DNA from: Bacillota bacterium
GTDB taxonomy: Bacteria; Bacillota; Halanaerobiia; B1SED10-174
Direction: 5' to 3'
Length of the DNA stretch: 64,000 nucleotides
Assembly: GCA_007122335.1 (NCBI GenBank)
Contig: SKTZ01000029.1
Span: forward strand, 5,593 to 69,592
Shown: piece by piece, positions 7,594-16,345 of the stretch
Layout of the letters: the number at the start of each line of letters is the position of its first letter
Numbering within the stretch: position 1 is the stretch's first letter
Position numbers and translations under genes: made by a program
The notes under the pieces: model-generated
Databases searched by the model: none
The model's input: the letters and a program-made list of their open reading frames with translations, nothing else
What the model was told of the DNA's origin: nothing

Positions 7594-8628
7594 TTGTCCA
7601 AACTGCTCGGTCCTCTTACAATAAAAGGTCTTGAACTGCCCAATAAGGTGGTCATGGCTCCGATGTGCATGTACTGTGCTGGAGAAGAAGGACTTGTAAC
7701 TGACTGGCATCTTGCCCACTACGCTGCGCGAGCCATAGGTGGGGTGGGACTAATCATCCAGGAAGCTACTGCAGTTGAAAAAAGGGGAAGGCTGAGTCCC
7801 AACGACCTGGGAATATGGGATGATGACCAGATAAAAGGATTGAAAAAACTGGTTGACCTCGTCCATGAATTTGGGAGCAAAGCTGGAATTCAACTGGGGC
7901 ACGGAGGGAGAAAAGCCCGCCCTGGTAAAGGAGAAATAATTGGGCCAAGTAGCATTGCTTTTTCCGAGGACCATCAGGTTCCCAGGGAGATGGAAGAAAA
8001 AGAAATTAAAGAAGTTGTAAATGCTTTCAAAAAAGCCGCAGAAAGGGCCTGTGCTGCAGGCTATGATATTATCGAGTTGCACGGAGCCCACGGCTATCTT
8101 ATTCACCAGTTTCTTTCCCCTTATTCTAACCAGCGGCAGGATGATTATGGAGGAAGTTTGGATAATCTGCTGCGCTTTCCACTGGAAATAATTCAGGAAG
8201 TAAAAAAAATTTTGCCTTCCGATAAACTTTTAATGTTAAGGATTTCAGCAGTTGAGTATATCCAACAGGGCTATTCCTTTAATGATATGGTAAAAGCCGC
8301 TAAAATTTTCGCTGAGGTGGGAATAGATATCCTCGATGTGAGCACAGGTGGAGCAGGTCCTTCAGCACCCCGGACCTGGCCTGGGTTTCAGGTTCCCTAT
8401 GCCCAAAAAATCAGAGAGGAACTGAATGTTCCGGTTATAGCCTGTGGTCTTATAACCGATCCGGGAATGGCTGAAGAATTGGTTAGTAACAACCGGACCG
8501 ACCTTGTGGCCTTAGGCAGGGCACTTTTGCGTGATCCCAACTGGGTTCTAAATGCAGCTCGGGAACTTGGTATTCCTGGAAAAATTCCTTGGTCCTATGC
8601 TCGTGCCTATCCCGAGGATGTTAGATAA
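7594..8628 (+). CDS. namA: NADPH dehydrogenase / NADH:flavin oxidoreductase, Old Yellow Enzyme family (YqjM/NamA-like)
   Basis: LELPNKVVMAPMCMY...DWHLAHYAARAIGGVGLII, HGAHGYLIHQFLSP and LVALGRALLRDPNW. TTG start with AGGAGG 7 nt upstream. Confidence 0.85.
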   Translation: MSKLLGPLTIKGLELPNKVVMAPMCMYCAGEEGLVTDWHLAHYAARAIGGVGLIIQEATAVEKRGRLSPNDLGIWDDDQIKGLKKLVDLVHEFGSKAGIQLGHGGRKARPGKGEIIGPSSIAFSEDHQVPREMEEKEIKEVVNAFKKAAERACAAGYDIIELHGAHGYLIHQFLSPYSNQRQDDYGGSLDNLLRFPLEIIQEVKKILPSDKLLMLRISAVEYIQQGYSFNDMVKAAKIFAEVGIDILDVSTGGAGPSAPRTWPGFQVPYAQKIREELNVPVIACGLITDPGMAEELVSNNRTDLVALGRALLRDPNWVLNAARELGIPGKIPWSYARAYPEDVR

Positions 8629-8650
8629 AACATAAAAAAGGAGGGGGAGT

Positions 8651-8854
8651 ATGGAATTCAGAAAAATTTTGATGATTATTCTTGGGGTCATTTTTTTAAT
8701 TGTCCTTGTCCAGAATTTCCAAGCAATTACCGTTGAATTTCTTTTTTGGGAAATAGAGATTCCCCAGATAATTGTGCTGTTTCTTTCAGCTCTGCTGGGC
8801 TTTATTATCTGCTACATATGGCTGCATATAAGGGGACGAAGGCGAAGGATTTAA
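8651..8854 (+). CDS. Small two-TM membrane protein, LapA-domain (DUF1049)-like
   Basis: Two hydrophobic helices, the LFWEIEIP motif and a basic C-terminal RGRRRRI. GGAGGGGG RBS. Confidence 0.5.
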   Translation: MEFRKILMIILGVIFLIVLVQNFQAITVEFLFWEIEIPQIIVLFLSALLGFIICYIWLHIRGRRRRI

Positions 8855-8916
8855 ATTATCTTATTCTTTAGTTTTTTATGTCTTTGATTATAAGTACGTC
8901 CGGAAGGAGGTTTGGG

Positions 8917-9471
8917 ATGGGCAAGATAGATATTGGGGCAAAAATTTTGCAGTACCGCAGGCAAAGGGGCTTTACCATAAAAGAACTGGCTAAAAAAACA
9001 AAACTAACTTCATCAATGTTAAGCCAGATTGAGAGAGGCAATGCCAATCCATCAATTAATTCACTGCGGATTATCGCCAAAGCGCTGGATATTCCCCTAG
9101 TTAATTTTTTTGAGGATGAAGACAATGTTGAAAACCTTGTAGTAAGAGCAAAACAAAGAAAAAAATTAATGATGCCCTGTAATCAGGGATTTGTATATGA
9201 ATCCCTTTCCCCCAATTTAAGCGGAAAAATTCAAATGGTTCTTTTAAGATTAAATCCCGGAGAAGAGACTACAGAAACAATGATGAGTCATGAAGGGGAA
9301 GAAGCCGCGATAGTCCTTGATGGGAAAATTAAAATTTACCTTGAAGACGGTGTTTTTGAACTTGATAGAGGCGATAGCATCAGGATACCTCCCGGAAAAC
9401 CCCATAAATGGGAGAATATTGATACTGCGGTTGTAACAGTAATTTTTGCTATTTCTCCACCGTCATTTTAA
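8917..9471 (+). CDS. XRE-family transcriptional regulator with C-terminal cupin domain
   Basis: HTH IGAKILQYRRQRGFTIKELAKKTKLTSSMLSQIERGNANPSINSL, and cupin HEGEEAAIVLDGKIKI...GDSIRIPPGKPHKWEN. GGAGG RBS before ATG 8917. Confidence 0.85.
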   Translation: MGKIDIGAKILQYRRQRGFTIKELAKKTKLTSSMLSQIERGNANPSINSLRIIAKALDIPLVNFFEDEDNVENLVVRAKQRKKLMMPCNQGFVYESLSPNLSGKIQMVLLRLNPGEETTETMMSHEGEEAAIVLDGKIKIYLEDGVFELDRGDSIRIPPGKPHKWENIDTAVVTVIFAISPPSF

Positions 9472-9482
9472 TTTTGTCAACG

Positions 9483-9516
9483 GCCCTTGTTCAAGGACAG
9501 GGGCTTTCTTTTTTTG
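9483..9516 (+). terminator. Rho-independent terminator
   Basis: GCCCTTGT-TCAAGG-ACAGGGGC (8 bp including one G-U pair) followed by TTTCTTTTTTT. Confidence 0.7.
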
Positions 9517-9621
9517 CCACAGGAAAAAAAGAGGGGTTTTGGATTAATTGTTTAATAAATTAAATCAAATTAATTATTTTGGACTTAGCGGGAAAATAAA
9601 TTTCTGGCAAGGAGGGTTTAT

Positions 9622-10716
9622 GTGAAAATTAAAGAAGTTCGGGTTGGATACCTTAATTTGGAATTAAAAGAACCCTTTACAATCTCTCTGGGTACTGTAA
9701 CTGAGGCCAAAAATGTGGTGGTTGAAATTGAGACAGATCAAGGGCACCTGGGTTGGGGAGAAGCCGCCCCCATGCCGATTGTAACTGGTGATTTCCAGGA
9801 ATCGGTTGTGCGGGGAATTTTACAATTTCTCCGCCCCCTAATTATAGGGGAGGATCCCAGGGGAATTTCCCGGATTTCGGAGATGCTGGATAAGGTTCTT
9901 TTCGGGAATCCCGGGGCCAAAATTGCTGTTGAGATGGCTCTTTTTGACCTGCTGGGAAAAATTTATGGTCTGCCCCTTTATATCCTCTGGGGTGGCCATG
10001 ACAATTCTTTTGAAAGCGATTATACCATTGGGATTGATGAGCCGGAAGTAATGGCCGCAAAAGTTGACCCTCTTCTGGAGAGAGGATACCGGGCGCTAAA
10101 GGTTAAGGTTGGAAAAAACGGAAAAGAAGATGTGAAAAGGATTGCTGCAGTTGCGGCTGCTGTCGCAGGGAGAGCTTTGATCCGCCTGGATGCCAACCAG
10201 GGTTGGGGAGTTAAGGAAGCTGTGAACACTATCCGGGAGATGGAAAAATTTAATGTTGAACTGGTTGAAGAACCAATTCCCCGGGGCAATATAGAGGGGC
10301 TGGCTTTTATCCGAAACCGGGTAAATGTCCCGATAATGGCAGATGAAACTGTTTTTTCTCCCCAGGATGCTTTAAAGGTTATCAAAGCCGAAGCAGTTGA
10401 TTTAATCAACATCAAGCTGATGAAAGCCGGAGGCTTGATTGCGGCGAGAAAGATTGATGCCCTGGCTTCAACTGCAGGTGTTGAATGTATGGTTGGTTGT
10501 ATGATTGAAAGCAGACTTGCAATGACTGCTGCTGCAAACCTTGTAGCAAGTTCGTCCAATATTACCCGGGCTGATCTTGATGCTCCCGGGTTTTTACGCT
10601 CAGATCCTATCATCGGTGGCGCGGAGGTTAAAGGTGGTTTGTGCACCCTGCCTGATAAGCCTGGCCTGGGTCTGGAACTTAAGAGACAGGAGGTTAAATT
10701 TGTTGATAATGCCTAA
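9622..10716 (+). CDS. Dipeptide epimerase (L-Ala-D/L-Glu epimerase-like), enolase superfamily
   Basis: GWGEAAP, KVKVG, RLDANQGW, VELVEEP, IMADE and DLINIKLMKAGG are typical of the MLE-subgroup dipeptide epimerases (YkfB/YcjG-like). GTG start with AAGGAGGG RBS. Confidence 0.75.
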   Translation: MKIKEVRVGYLNLELKEPFTISLGTVTEAKNVVVEIETDQGHLGWGEAAPMPIVTGDFQESVVRGILQFLRPLIIGEDPRGISRISEMLDKVLFGNPGAKIAVEMALFDLLGKIYGLPLYILWGGHDNSFESDYTIGIDEPEVMAAKVDPLLERGYRALKVKVGKNGKEDVKRIAAVAAAVAGRALIRLDANQGWGVKEAVNTIREMEKFNVELVEEPIPRGNIEGLAFIRNRVNVPIMADETVFSPQDALKVIKAEAVDLINIKLMKAGGLIAARKIDALASTAGVECMVGCMIESRLAMTAAANLVASSSNITRADLDAPGFLRSDPIIGGAEVKGGLCTLPDKPGLGLELKRQEVKFVDNA

Positions 10717-12085
10717 AAATAACTGGAAAAATGAATTTGCAGAATTTGTCCATGAAATAATGGAGGAATTTGAAATTCCGGGTATGTCAGTTGGCCTGTC
10801 CCAGAACGGAGAAGTTATTTATTCAGAGGGTTTTGGTTATGCTGACCTGGAGAACGAAAAGAAAGTCAATCCCGAAACGGTTTTTGGGATTGCTTCAATT
10901 ACCAAGTCTTTTACTGCTCTCGCAATAATGATCCTGGAGAGGGAGGGTAAATTAACAACCGGGGATCCTGTGCTAAAATACTTACCAGATTTTGATGCTG
11001 GAGAGAAAATTACTCCAGCAATCAATATTCACCATTTCCTGACCCATACGGCTGGTTTACCGCCAACTCCTGCTTTAATGTATGCAATGGTTAGGAGTAT
11101 TGAGGGAGATCCAACAGCTGAAAAGCTGAAAGAAGACGGAAAGTGGGAAAAGTGGACGGAAGAACCTCCGATTGAAAGTTATAAAGATCTGCTTGATTTT
11201 TGGGCCCGCAACAAACCTGAGCCCTTGGGTTATCCCGGTGGGCAATTCAGTTACTCCAATGACGCTTATTCCCTTTTGGGGACCATAGTGGAGAGAATAA
11301 GCGGAATAAGTCTTGGCGAATTCATGGAGGAAAAGATATTCAAACCCTGCAACCTGGAAAAAATTACTTTTTCACCGGATGAGCTCAAGAAGTGGCCAAA
11401 TGTGACCCAACTTTATGCGAAAATTGATGAAGAGATTGTTCCTGCCCCCAAGTGGAATCATTCAGAAGCAATGCTTGGAGCGGGGTTTTTAAAAACCCAC
11501 GCCCTTGATCTTTTAAGGTATGGCCAATCATTTCTGGGTTCTGCATATTTGAAAAGAATGGGTTCCCCCTATTTTCCTCTTCCAGATGGCAAGTTTTATG
11601 GATACGGGTTTATGGTGCAACCAGATTACCATGGAAATACTATTATTGAACATGGAGGCAGTCTAAAGGGGATTTCGAGTCATCTGGGAATGGTGCCCGA
11701 GGAAAACCTTGTAGCAACAGTTTTGATTAACCTCGTGGAAATGCCTGTTACCCGGGTTTGGGATGCTCTTGTAAACCTGGCACTGGGTTATTCGATTGAG
11801 GAGGAAAGGTTTTCTTTTTCGGCTCTTGCTTCGTTGCCTGAGAGTTCCAGGGATTGGCCGGGTAAATATGTATCTCCTGAAGGTGCCGAAATTGAAGTAA
11901 CCTCGGAAGAAGAGAAGCTATTTGTGGAATTTAATAATAAAAAGCAGGAACTAACACCGGTGGCCGTGGATAGGGCCAGTTTAATTCGCAGAGGAGAGAA
12001 AAGCATAATCCAATTTTTGCGAGATGGAGAGGGCAAGGTTTCCGGGATACACATGGGCTTGCGAATTATTAAAAAAGTGAATTAG
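10709..12085 (+). CDS. Serine hydrolase, beta-lactamase/transpeptidase-like family (possible peptidase/esterase)
   Basis: SxxK motif ASITKSFTA, YSNDAY (YxN) and HGGSLKG. ATG 10709 overlaps the epimerase stop by 8 nt. The track start at 10577 is an out-of-context extension. Confidence 0.75.
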   Translation: MPKNNWKNEFAEFVHEIMEEFEIPGMSVGLSQNGEVIYSEGFGYADLENEKKVNPETVFGIASITKSFTALAIMILEREGKLTTGDPVLKYLPDFDAGEKITPAINIHHFLTHTAGLPPTPALMYAMVRSIEGDPTAEKLKEDGKWEKWTEEPPIESYKDLLDFWARNKPEPLGYPGGQFSYSNDAYSLLGTIVERISGISLGEFMEEKIFKPCNLEKITFSPDELKKWPNVTQLYAKIDEEIVPAPKWNHSEAMLGAGFLKTHALDLLRYGQSFLGSAYLKRMGSPYFPLPDGKFYGYGFMVQPDYHGNTIIEHGGSLKGISSHLGMVPEENLVATVLINLVEMPVTRVWDALVNLALGYSIEEERFSFSALASLPESSRDWPGKYVSPEGAEIEVTSEEEKLFVEFNNKKQELTPVAVDRASLIRRGEKSIIQFLRDGEGKVSGIHMGLRIIKKVN

Positions 12086-12090
12086 ATTAA

Positions 12091-12117
12091 AGCCCCGCTG
12101 ATCGCGGGGCTTTTTTT
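12091..12117 (+). terminator. Rho-independent terminator
   Basis: GCCCCGC-TGATC-GCGGGGC followed by TTTTTTT. Confidence 0.85.
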
Positions 12118-12149
12118 GTGAGAAAAAATTTTCGGGAAAATCTTTTTAG

Positions 12150-12178
12150 TTGCAGGAAATTAAAATATGAAGTAGAAT
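12150..12178 (+). promoter_or_regulatory. Sigma-A-type promoter of the NAS-like/feo operon
   Basis: TTGCAG, 17-nt spacer, TAGAAT, about 45 nt upstream of ATG 12222. Confidence 0.45.
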
Positions 12179-12183
12179 AACTT

Positions 12184-12204
12184 AAATGAGGATGATTTTC
12201 ATTT
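12184..12204 (+). promoter_or_regulatory. Candidate metalloregulator (Fur-like) operator
   Basis: AT-rich inverted repeat AAATGA-N9-TCATTT, with inner ATGA-TTT-TCAT, located between the -10 element and the RBS of an operon ending in feoB. It resembles but does not equal the Fur 7-1-7 box. Confidence 0.25.
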
Positions 12205-12221
12205 TCAAAGGAGGAAAACCT

Positions 12222-12773
12222 ATGGGTTCACTTCCCAGAGCTGTTCAGTTACTGGAAAAAACCTGGACAAGCAGTCCATTAATGCAAAAAATATATTCGT
12301 CACCCTACCACGTTATTGTCAAAAGAGAGACAGGCCTGGCAGGGATAAGGGCAGGAGATCGGATTTTAAGTCTTGGCTGTGGAGCAATTCCTTTTACAGC
12401 AATTATCCTTAATCAGATTACCGGATGCCCTGTTTCAGCCCTGGATATTGATTTCGCGGCTTTAAATAAAGCCAGGGAGCTCCTGGAGAAAGCTGGTCTT
12501 AAGCAGATCAGGTTAATTGCCGGGAATGGTTGTTCTATTGACCTTTCTGGTTATTCAGTAATAATTACTGCACTTCAGGTTGAACCAAAAGGGGACATAA
12601 TTGACAACTTTCTGAGTAGTGCCAAACCAGGAGCCCGGCTGGTGATGAGGGTGCCCAGGAAAACTTTTGCAAACAGTTATGATCCGATTCCCTCCCAGTA
12701 CAAACCCGAAAAAGAAGTCAGCCAACCAATGATTACTTTTGGCAAATCGGTTTTATTCAGGAAAGCAGGTTAA
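12222..12773 (+). CDS. Nicotianamine-synthase-like SAM-binding (class I Rossmann) protein, paralog 1
   Basis: ILSLGCGAIPFTAIIL...ALDIDFAALNKARELLEKAGL...VIITALQVEPK...GARLVMRVPR resembles the NAS core (VGSGPxPLTSIVLA...DID...VFLAALVG...MLRSAHG). It is a clear paralog of 13742..14545. GGAGG RBS before ATG 12222. Confidence 0.55.
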   Translation: MGSLPRAVQLLEKTWTSSPLMQKIYSSPYHVIVKRETGLAGIRAGDRILSLGCGAIPFTAIILNQITGCPVSALDIDFAALNKARELLEKAGLKQIRLIAGNGCSIDLSGYSVIITALQVEPKGDIIDNFLSSAKPGARLVMRVPRKTFANSYDPIPSQYKPEKEVSQPMITFGKSVLFRKAG

Positions 12774-12774
12774 T

Positions 12775-13806
12775 ATGGCTAAAAAAACTGCTCTCGGTAC
12801 TGCAGGGATAATTCTTCTCCTGATTTTTATCTTCAGGGGGGGCTGGACTGATATCGTATCTGCCTGGGGCCAGGTCCCTTACTTCTGGCTTATAATTATG
12901 CTGGGACTCCAGGTTTTCACCCTTCTCTTGGGAGCTTACCAGTGGTACCACCTTTTAAAAAATAGAGAAAAAAGCCTCAGCCTGTTGGAAGTTTTTTCAA
13001 TAAATCTTGTGGGAAGTTTTGTTGAAAGTGTAACACCTTCGGTAAAATTGGGGGGAGAAGGGGCAAAAATATTCCTTCTAAAACAAAAAACCGGGCGACC
13101 TTATGCAGATCTCACAGGAGTTTTACTGGTTCACAAGTTTATTTCCCTGGTTCCTTTTCTGTTAATTCTCGGCCTGGTGTTATTCGCAGGATTATTAAAT
13201 TATTCAATTCCCGGCTTTATATACTGGAGTTTTGGGTCCTTGGTTGTTTTGCTTTTGGTTTTCTCCTGGGTAATTTTCCCGAAATGGGACCAGGAGGTTT
13301 CAGAGATGAGTTTGGGGTTTTTGCGAAAAATCAGAGGTTTCATTTTGCGAATGCTTGGGTCTGTCCGGGAAAGGAGAGAAAAGATATCATTTCTGCAAAT
13401 GTTTGCGATATCTATTTTGATCTGGTCTCTTTACCCGGTTAAGGTATTTATTTTAAGCCGACTTATTGGTATGGAAATTGATTTTCTCCTGGTCAGTGTA
13501 GCTACTTTTATAGCTTATTTGATCAGCATGCTTCCACTTTCCCCTGGAGGAATTGGCACTTATGAAGGAACACTTGCTGTAATTTTAAATTTGAATGGTA
13601 TTCCTTTAGCTGAAGGTCTGGGATTGGTTCTGCTTTCAAGAATAATTACTTTCTGGATCCCGCTTGTCTGGGCTGGTTTAGCAACAGTTATAACTATGAA
13701 GAATTACGAAGAAAAAGGTTTTTTAAAGGGAGGTAAGCAAAATGGCAGAAAAAAATCAGAGCAAATTACTGTATTACAAACTGCTGATAACCATCCAGGG
13801 ATTTGA
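12775..13806 (+). CDS. Flippase-like membrane protein (UPF0104 / lysyl-phosphatidylglycerol-synthase TM-region family)
   Basis: About 8 predicted TM helices and the family-typical LPLSPGGIGTYEGTLAVIL motif. The ATG lies 1 nt after the upstream stop. Confidence 0.65.
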   Translation: MAKKTALGTAGIILLLIFIFRGGWTDIVSAWGQVPYFWLIIMLGLQVFTLLLGAYQWYHLLKNREKSLSLLEVFSINLVGSFVESVTPSVKLGGEGAKIFLLKQKTGRPYADLTGVLLVHKFISLVPFLLILGLVLFAGLLNYSIPGFIYWSFGSLVVLLLVFSWVIFPKWDQEVSEMSLGFLRKIRGFILRMLGSVRERREKISFLQMFAISILIWSLYPVKVFILSRLIGMEIDFLLVSVATFIAYLISMLPLSPGGIGTYEGTLAVILNLNGIPLAEGLGLVLLSRIITFWIPLVWAGLATVITMKNYEEKGFLKGGKQNGRKKSEQITVLQTADNHPGI

Positions 13807-14545
13807 ATTTTTGGGAGCAAGTTTTCCAGCATTCGGAAAAGTGTATCATCGGATTTTTTATCAAAAACTGGTGGAAAAAGAGATGAAAATAGCGGGTATT
13901 GAACCCGGAATGCGGGTGATGCAGGTAGGGTGTGGGCCTTACCCTTTTTCTGCAATTATGCTTGCTGAAAAGGGCTGCAGGGTGGAAGCCATTGATAATG
14001 ATCCGATTGCCATTGAAAAGGCCGGGGAGGTCCTTGAGAAATTAGGCTTAAAAGAGAAGATTGATCTGAAGTTAATTGATGGTTATGAAGTAGAATACGG
14101 TGAATTCGACCGGGTTTTTGTCGCCATGCATGTTGAACCAAAAGACAGGGTGCTGCAAAAGGCAATCAGTGAGATGGGGGGAAAAGGGAAGGTTGTTTTC
14201 CGGAACCCCAGAGGTCTACTCAAGTTATTTTATAGTGGTGTGCAACTCAAGAAACTACCTTCGCCCATTTTTTCCCGGATAAAAGAAAAACTGGGGAAAG
14301 AATCTCTTTGTATTTCAAGTTGTAGGGTTAAAAACCTGACTGAAGCCGGATTTGGCGAAGAGTTGATTATAAAAAACGTTCCTGCCCACCCTTTATTGCC
14401 CGCCCTGGGAATTCGGCCGGGGAAGAAAGTATGCCTGAAAGGTCGACAGTATTTTAATGGCCCCTTTCTGGCTTTAGTAGATGGTCGGAAAGTAGCCCTG
14501 GGTTTTGATCTTGCACAATTGATTGAGGTTCAGGGCGGTGAGTAA
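13742..14545 (+). CDS. Nicotianamine-synthase-like protein (paralog 2) fused to a C-terminal FeoA domain
   Basis: The N-terminal part reads VMQVGCGPYPFSAIMLAEKGCRVEAIDNDPIAIEKAGEVLEKLGL...RVFVAMHVEPK...GKVVFRNPRGLLKLFY (NAS-like). The C-terminal 70 aa, L.EAGFGEELIIKNV...LPALGIRPGKKVCL...GPFLALVDGRKVALGFDLAQLIEV, match the FeoA SH3-like domain. Start uncertain (65-nt overlap with the upstream gene). Confidence 0.6.
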   Translation: MAEKNQSKLLYYKLLITIQGFEFLGASFPAFGKVYHRIFYQKLVEKEMKIAGIEPGMRVMQVGCGPYPFSAIMLAEKGCRVEAIDNDPIAIEKAGEVLEKLGLKEKIDLKLIDGYEVEYGEFDRVFVAMHVEPKDRVLQKAISEMGGKGKVVFRNPRGLLKLFYSGVQLKKLPSPIFSRIKEKLGKESLCISSCRVKNLTEAGFGEELIIKNVPAHPLLPALGIRPGKKVCLKGRQYFNGPFLALVDGRKVALGFDLAQLIEVQGGE

Positions 14546-14547
14546 AT

Positions 14548-16320
14548 TTGAGTGGCAATAAGAACCGCAATAGAAAACGACACCACTGTGGTCAAAAACC
14601 GGAAAAGTTCAAACCAGGTGAAAAATCAATTCTTTTAATCGGTCCGCCAAACGTGGGTAAAAGCGTTTTCTTCAATTATTTTACGGGTCTTGAAGCCAGT
14701 GTGGGAAATTATGCGGGGACAACCGTTGAATTTTCCCGGGGCCGGATGGCCATCAGAGGGTTTCAATATGACCTGATTGATGTGCCTGGGACCTACACCC
14801 TTGATGCCACCAATCCTGCAGAAAAAGTAGCCGTGGATATGTTAAAGCAGCGGCCTGCAGGAATTGTCTGTGTCCTGGATGCCAATAGCCTTGAAAGCGG
14901 TCTGTACCTGTTGTATCAGGTTCTGGAATTTAAACTCCCTACAGTGGTTGCTATCAACCGGTCTGACCTGGCCCGCGAAAGGGGATATTTAACAGATTTT
15001 AATACCCTGGAAAGCGAACTGGGAATACCCGTAATCGAAACGGTTGCTTTAACCAGTCAGGGGCTGGAAGCTGTCCGAGAAAAAATTTTTTCGGCCCCGG
15101 TTTCAAGCGAGCCTCTGCCGGAAGTTAGTTCTCAACGCTGGGAACGGGCAGAAAAGATAGCGGGAAAAGCCCAAAAAATTAAAACTAGCAGGTCCGGGGA
15201 AACCAAAAGGCAAAAACTGGACCCCTGGTTAACAAATCCCTGGCCGGGTTTACCCCTTGCAGTTTTAATTTTATCCTTTATTTTTGCCATTATTATTGGT
15301 CTGGGAATGGGTCTCCGGCAATATATTCTCTTGCCTTTTTTCCGGGGGCTGGTTTTTCCTCCCCTTATTCAAGGGGTGGAGGGGATAATTCCTCCCGGAA
15401 TTATTCGGGATATTTTAATTGGAGAGTATGGATTCTTGATTAAAGGGCTGGAATGGCCTCTGGCTCTCGTTTTTCCCTATGTTCTCTCTTTTTATTTTGC
15501 CTTAAGTGTTTTGGAGGATAGTGGATATCTTCCTCGGTTTGGAATTTTGTTGGATGGAATAATGGCAAAAATTGGTCTACGTGGTTCAAACATTATCCCG
15601 CTTCTCCTTGGTTATGGTTGTGCAATACCGGGAATACTGGGAACAAGGGCCCTGGAATCAAAAAAGGAACGGATCATGATTTCCACAATGATTTCTCTCG
15701 CCGTTCCCTGTATTTCTCAATCCGGGGCATTTTTTGCCCTTTTAGCCGAAGTTTCTATCCTTGTTGTGCTGGCTCTTTTTGCTTTCTCCATTCTGGCAAT
15801 GTTTGTTGCTGGCCTGGTCATGGACCGCCTGCTCCCGGGGAAAAGAATGGATACAGTCCTGGAAATTCCAGAATTATTATTTCCCCGGCCCCGCTTCCTC
15901 GGGAGAAAAGTTTTGATGAGGATCAAGGGTTACATTTTTAATGGGGCTGTTCCAATGGTAATGGCGGTGGGAATTGCTTCCCTCTTTTATGAAACTGGAA
16001 TCCTTGTTTTCGTTGGGAGAATTCTCAGTCCCCTGATCGAACAATGGCTACGCCTGCCTCAGGAGGCCGCAGTTCCCCTGGTTTTAGGGATTGTTCGCAG
16101 GGAACTTGCCGTTTTGCCCCTGGTTGAAATGGGTTTATCGCAGACCCAGTTGTTGGTTGGGGCAATTGTAGCCCTGTTTTATGTGCCCTGTATTGCAGTC
16201 CTTGCAACCCTTGCCCGGGAATTCAACCTTAAAATAGCTGCCCTGATCCTACTCGTAACAGTAGCAACTGCTTTTTTAACCGGAGGCCTTTTGGCCAGAA
16301 TTTTGGAATTGATATTTTAA
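14548..16320 (+). CDS. feoB: Ferrous iron transport protein B
   Basis: N-terminal G domain (GPPNVGKS, DVPGTY, AINRSD) followed by a polytopic gate/nucleoside-recognition membrane domain. The TTG start lies 2 nt after the upstream stop. Confidence 0.9.
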   Translation: MSGNKNRNRKRHHCGQKPEKFKPGEKSILLIGPPNVGKSVFFNYFTGLEASVGNYAGTTVEFSRGRMAIRGFQYDLIDVPGTYTLDATNPAEKVAVDMLKQRPAGIVCVLDANSLESGLYLLYQVLEFKLPTVVAINRSDLARERGYLTDFNTLESELGIPVIETVALTSQGLEAVREKIFSAPVSSEPLPEVSSQRWERAEKIAGKAQKIKTSRSGETKRQKLDPWLTNPWPGLPLAVLILSFIFAIIIGLGMGLRQYILLPFFRGLVFPPLIQGVEGIIPPGIIRDILIGEYGFLIKGLEWPLALVFPYVLSFYFALSVLEDSGYLPRFGILLDGIMAKIGLRGSNIIPLLLGYGCAIPGILGTRALESKKERIMISTMISLAVPCISQSGAFFALLAEVSILVVLALFAFSILAMFVAGLVMDRLLPGKRMDTVLEIPELLFPRPRFLGRKVLMRIKGYIFNGAVPMVMAVGIASLFYETGILVFVGRILSPLIEQWLRLPQEAAVPLVLGIVRRELAVLPLVEMGLSQTQLLVGAIVALFYVPCIAVLATLAREFNLKIAALILLVTVATAFLTGGLLARILELIF

Positions 16321-16345
16321 AAAGCCCCTCGGGGGCTTTTTTTTA
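16321..16345. terminator. Bidirectional rho-independent terminator between feoB and the convergent gene
   Basis: AAAAGCCCC-TCG-GGGGCTTTTTTTT, with A-run and T-run flanks serving both strands. Confidence 0.85.

Noticed and set aside
10020-10646. A 208-aa minus-strand ORF antisense to the dipeptide epimerase.
   Set aside because: Ala/Ser/Ile-rich shadow of a well-supported enolase-superfamily gene, with no RBS or motifs.
15618-15941. A 107-aa plus-strand alternative-frame ORF and a 69-aa minus-strand ORF within feoB.
   Set aside because: They lie inside the FeoB membrane domain and have no independent signals.
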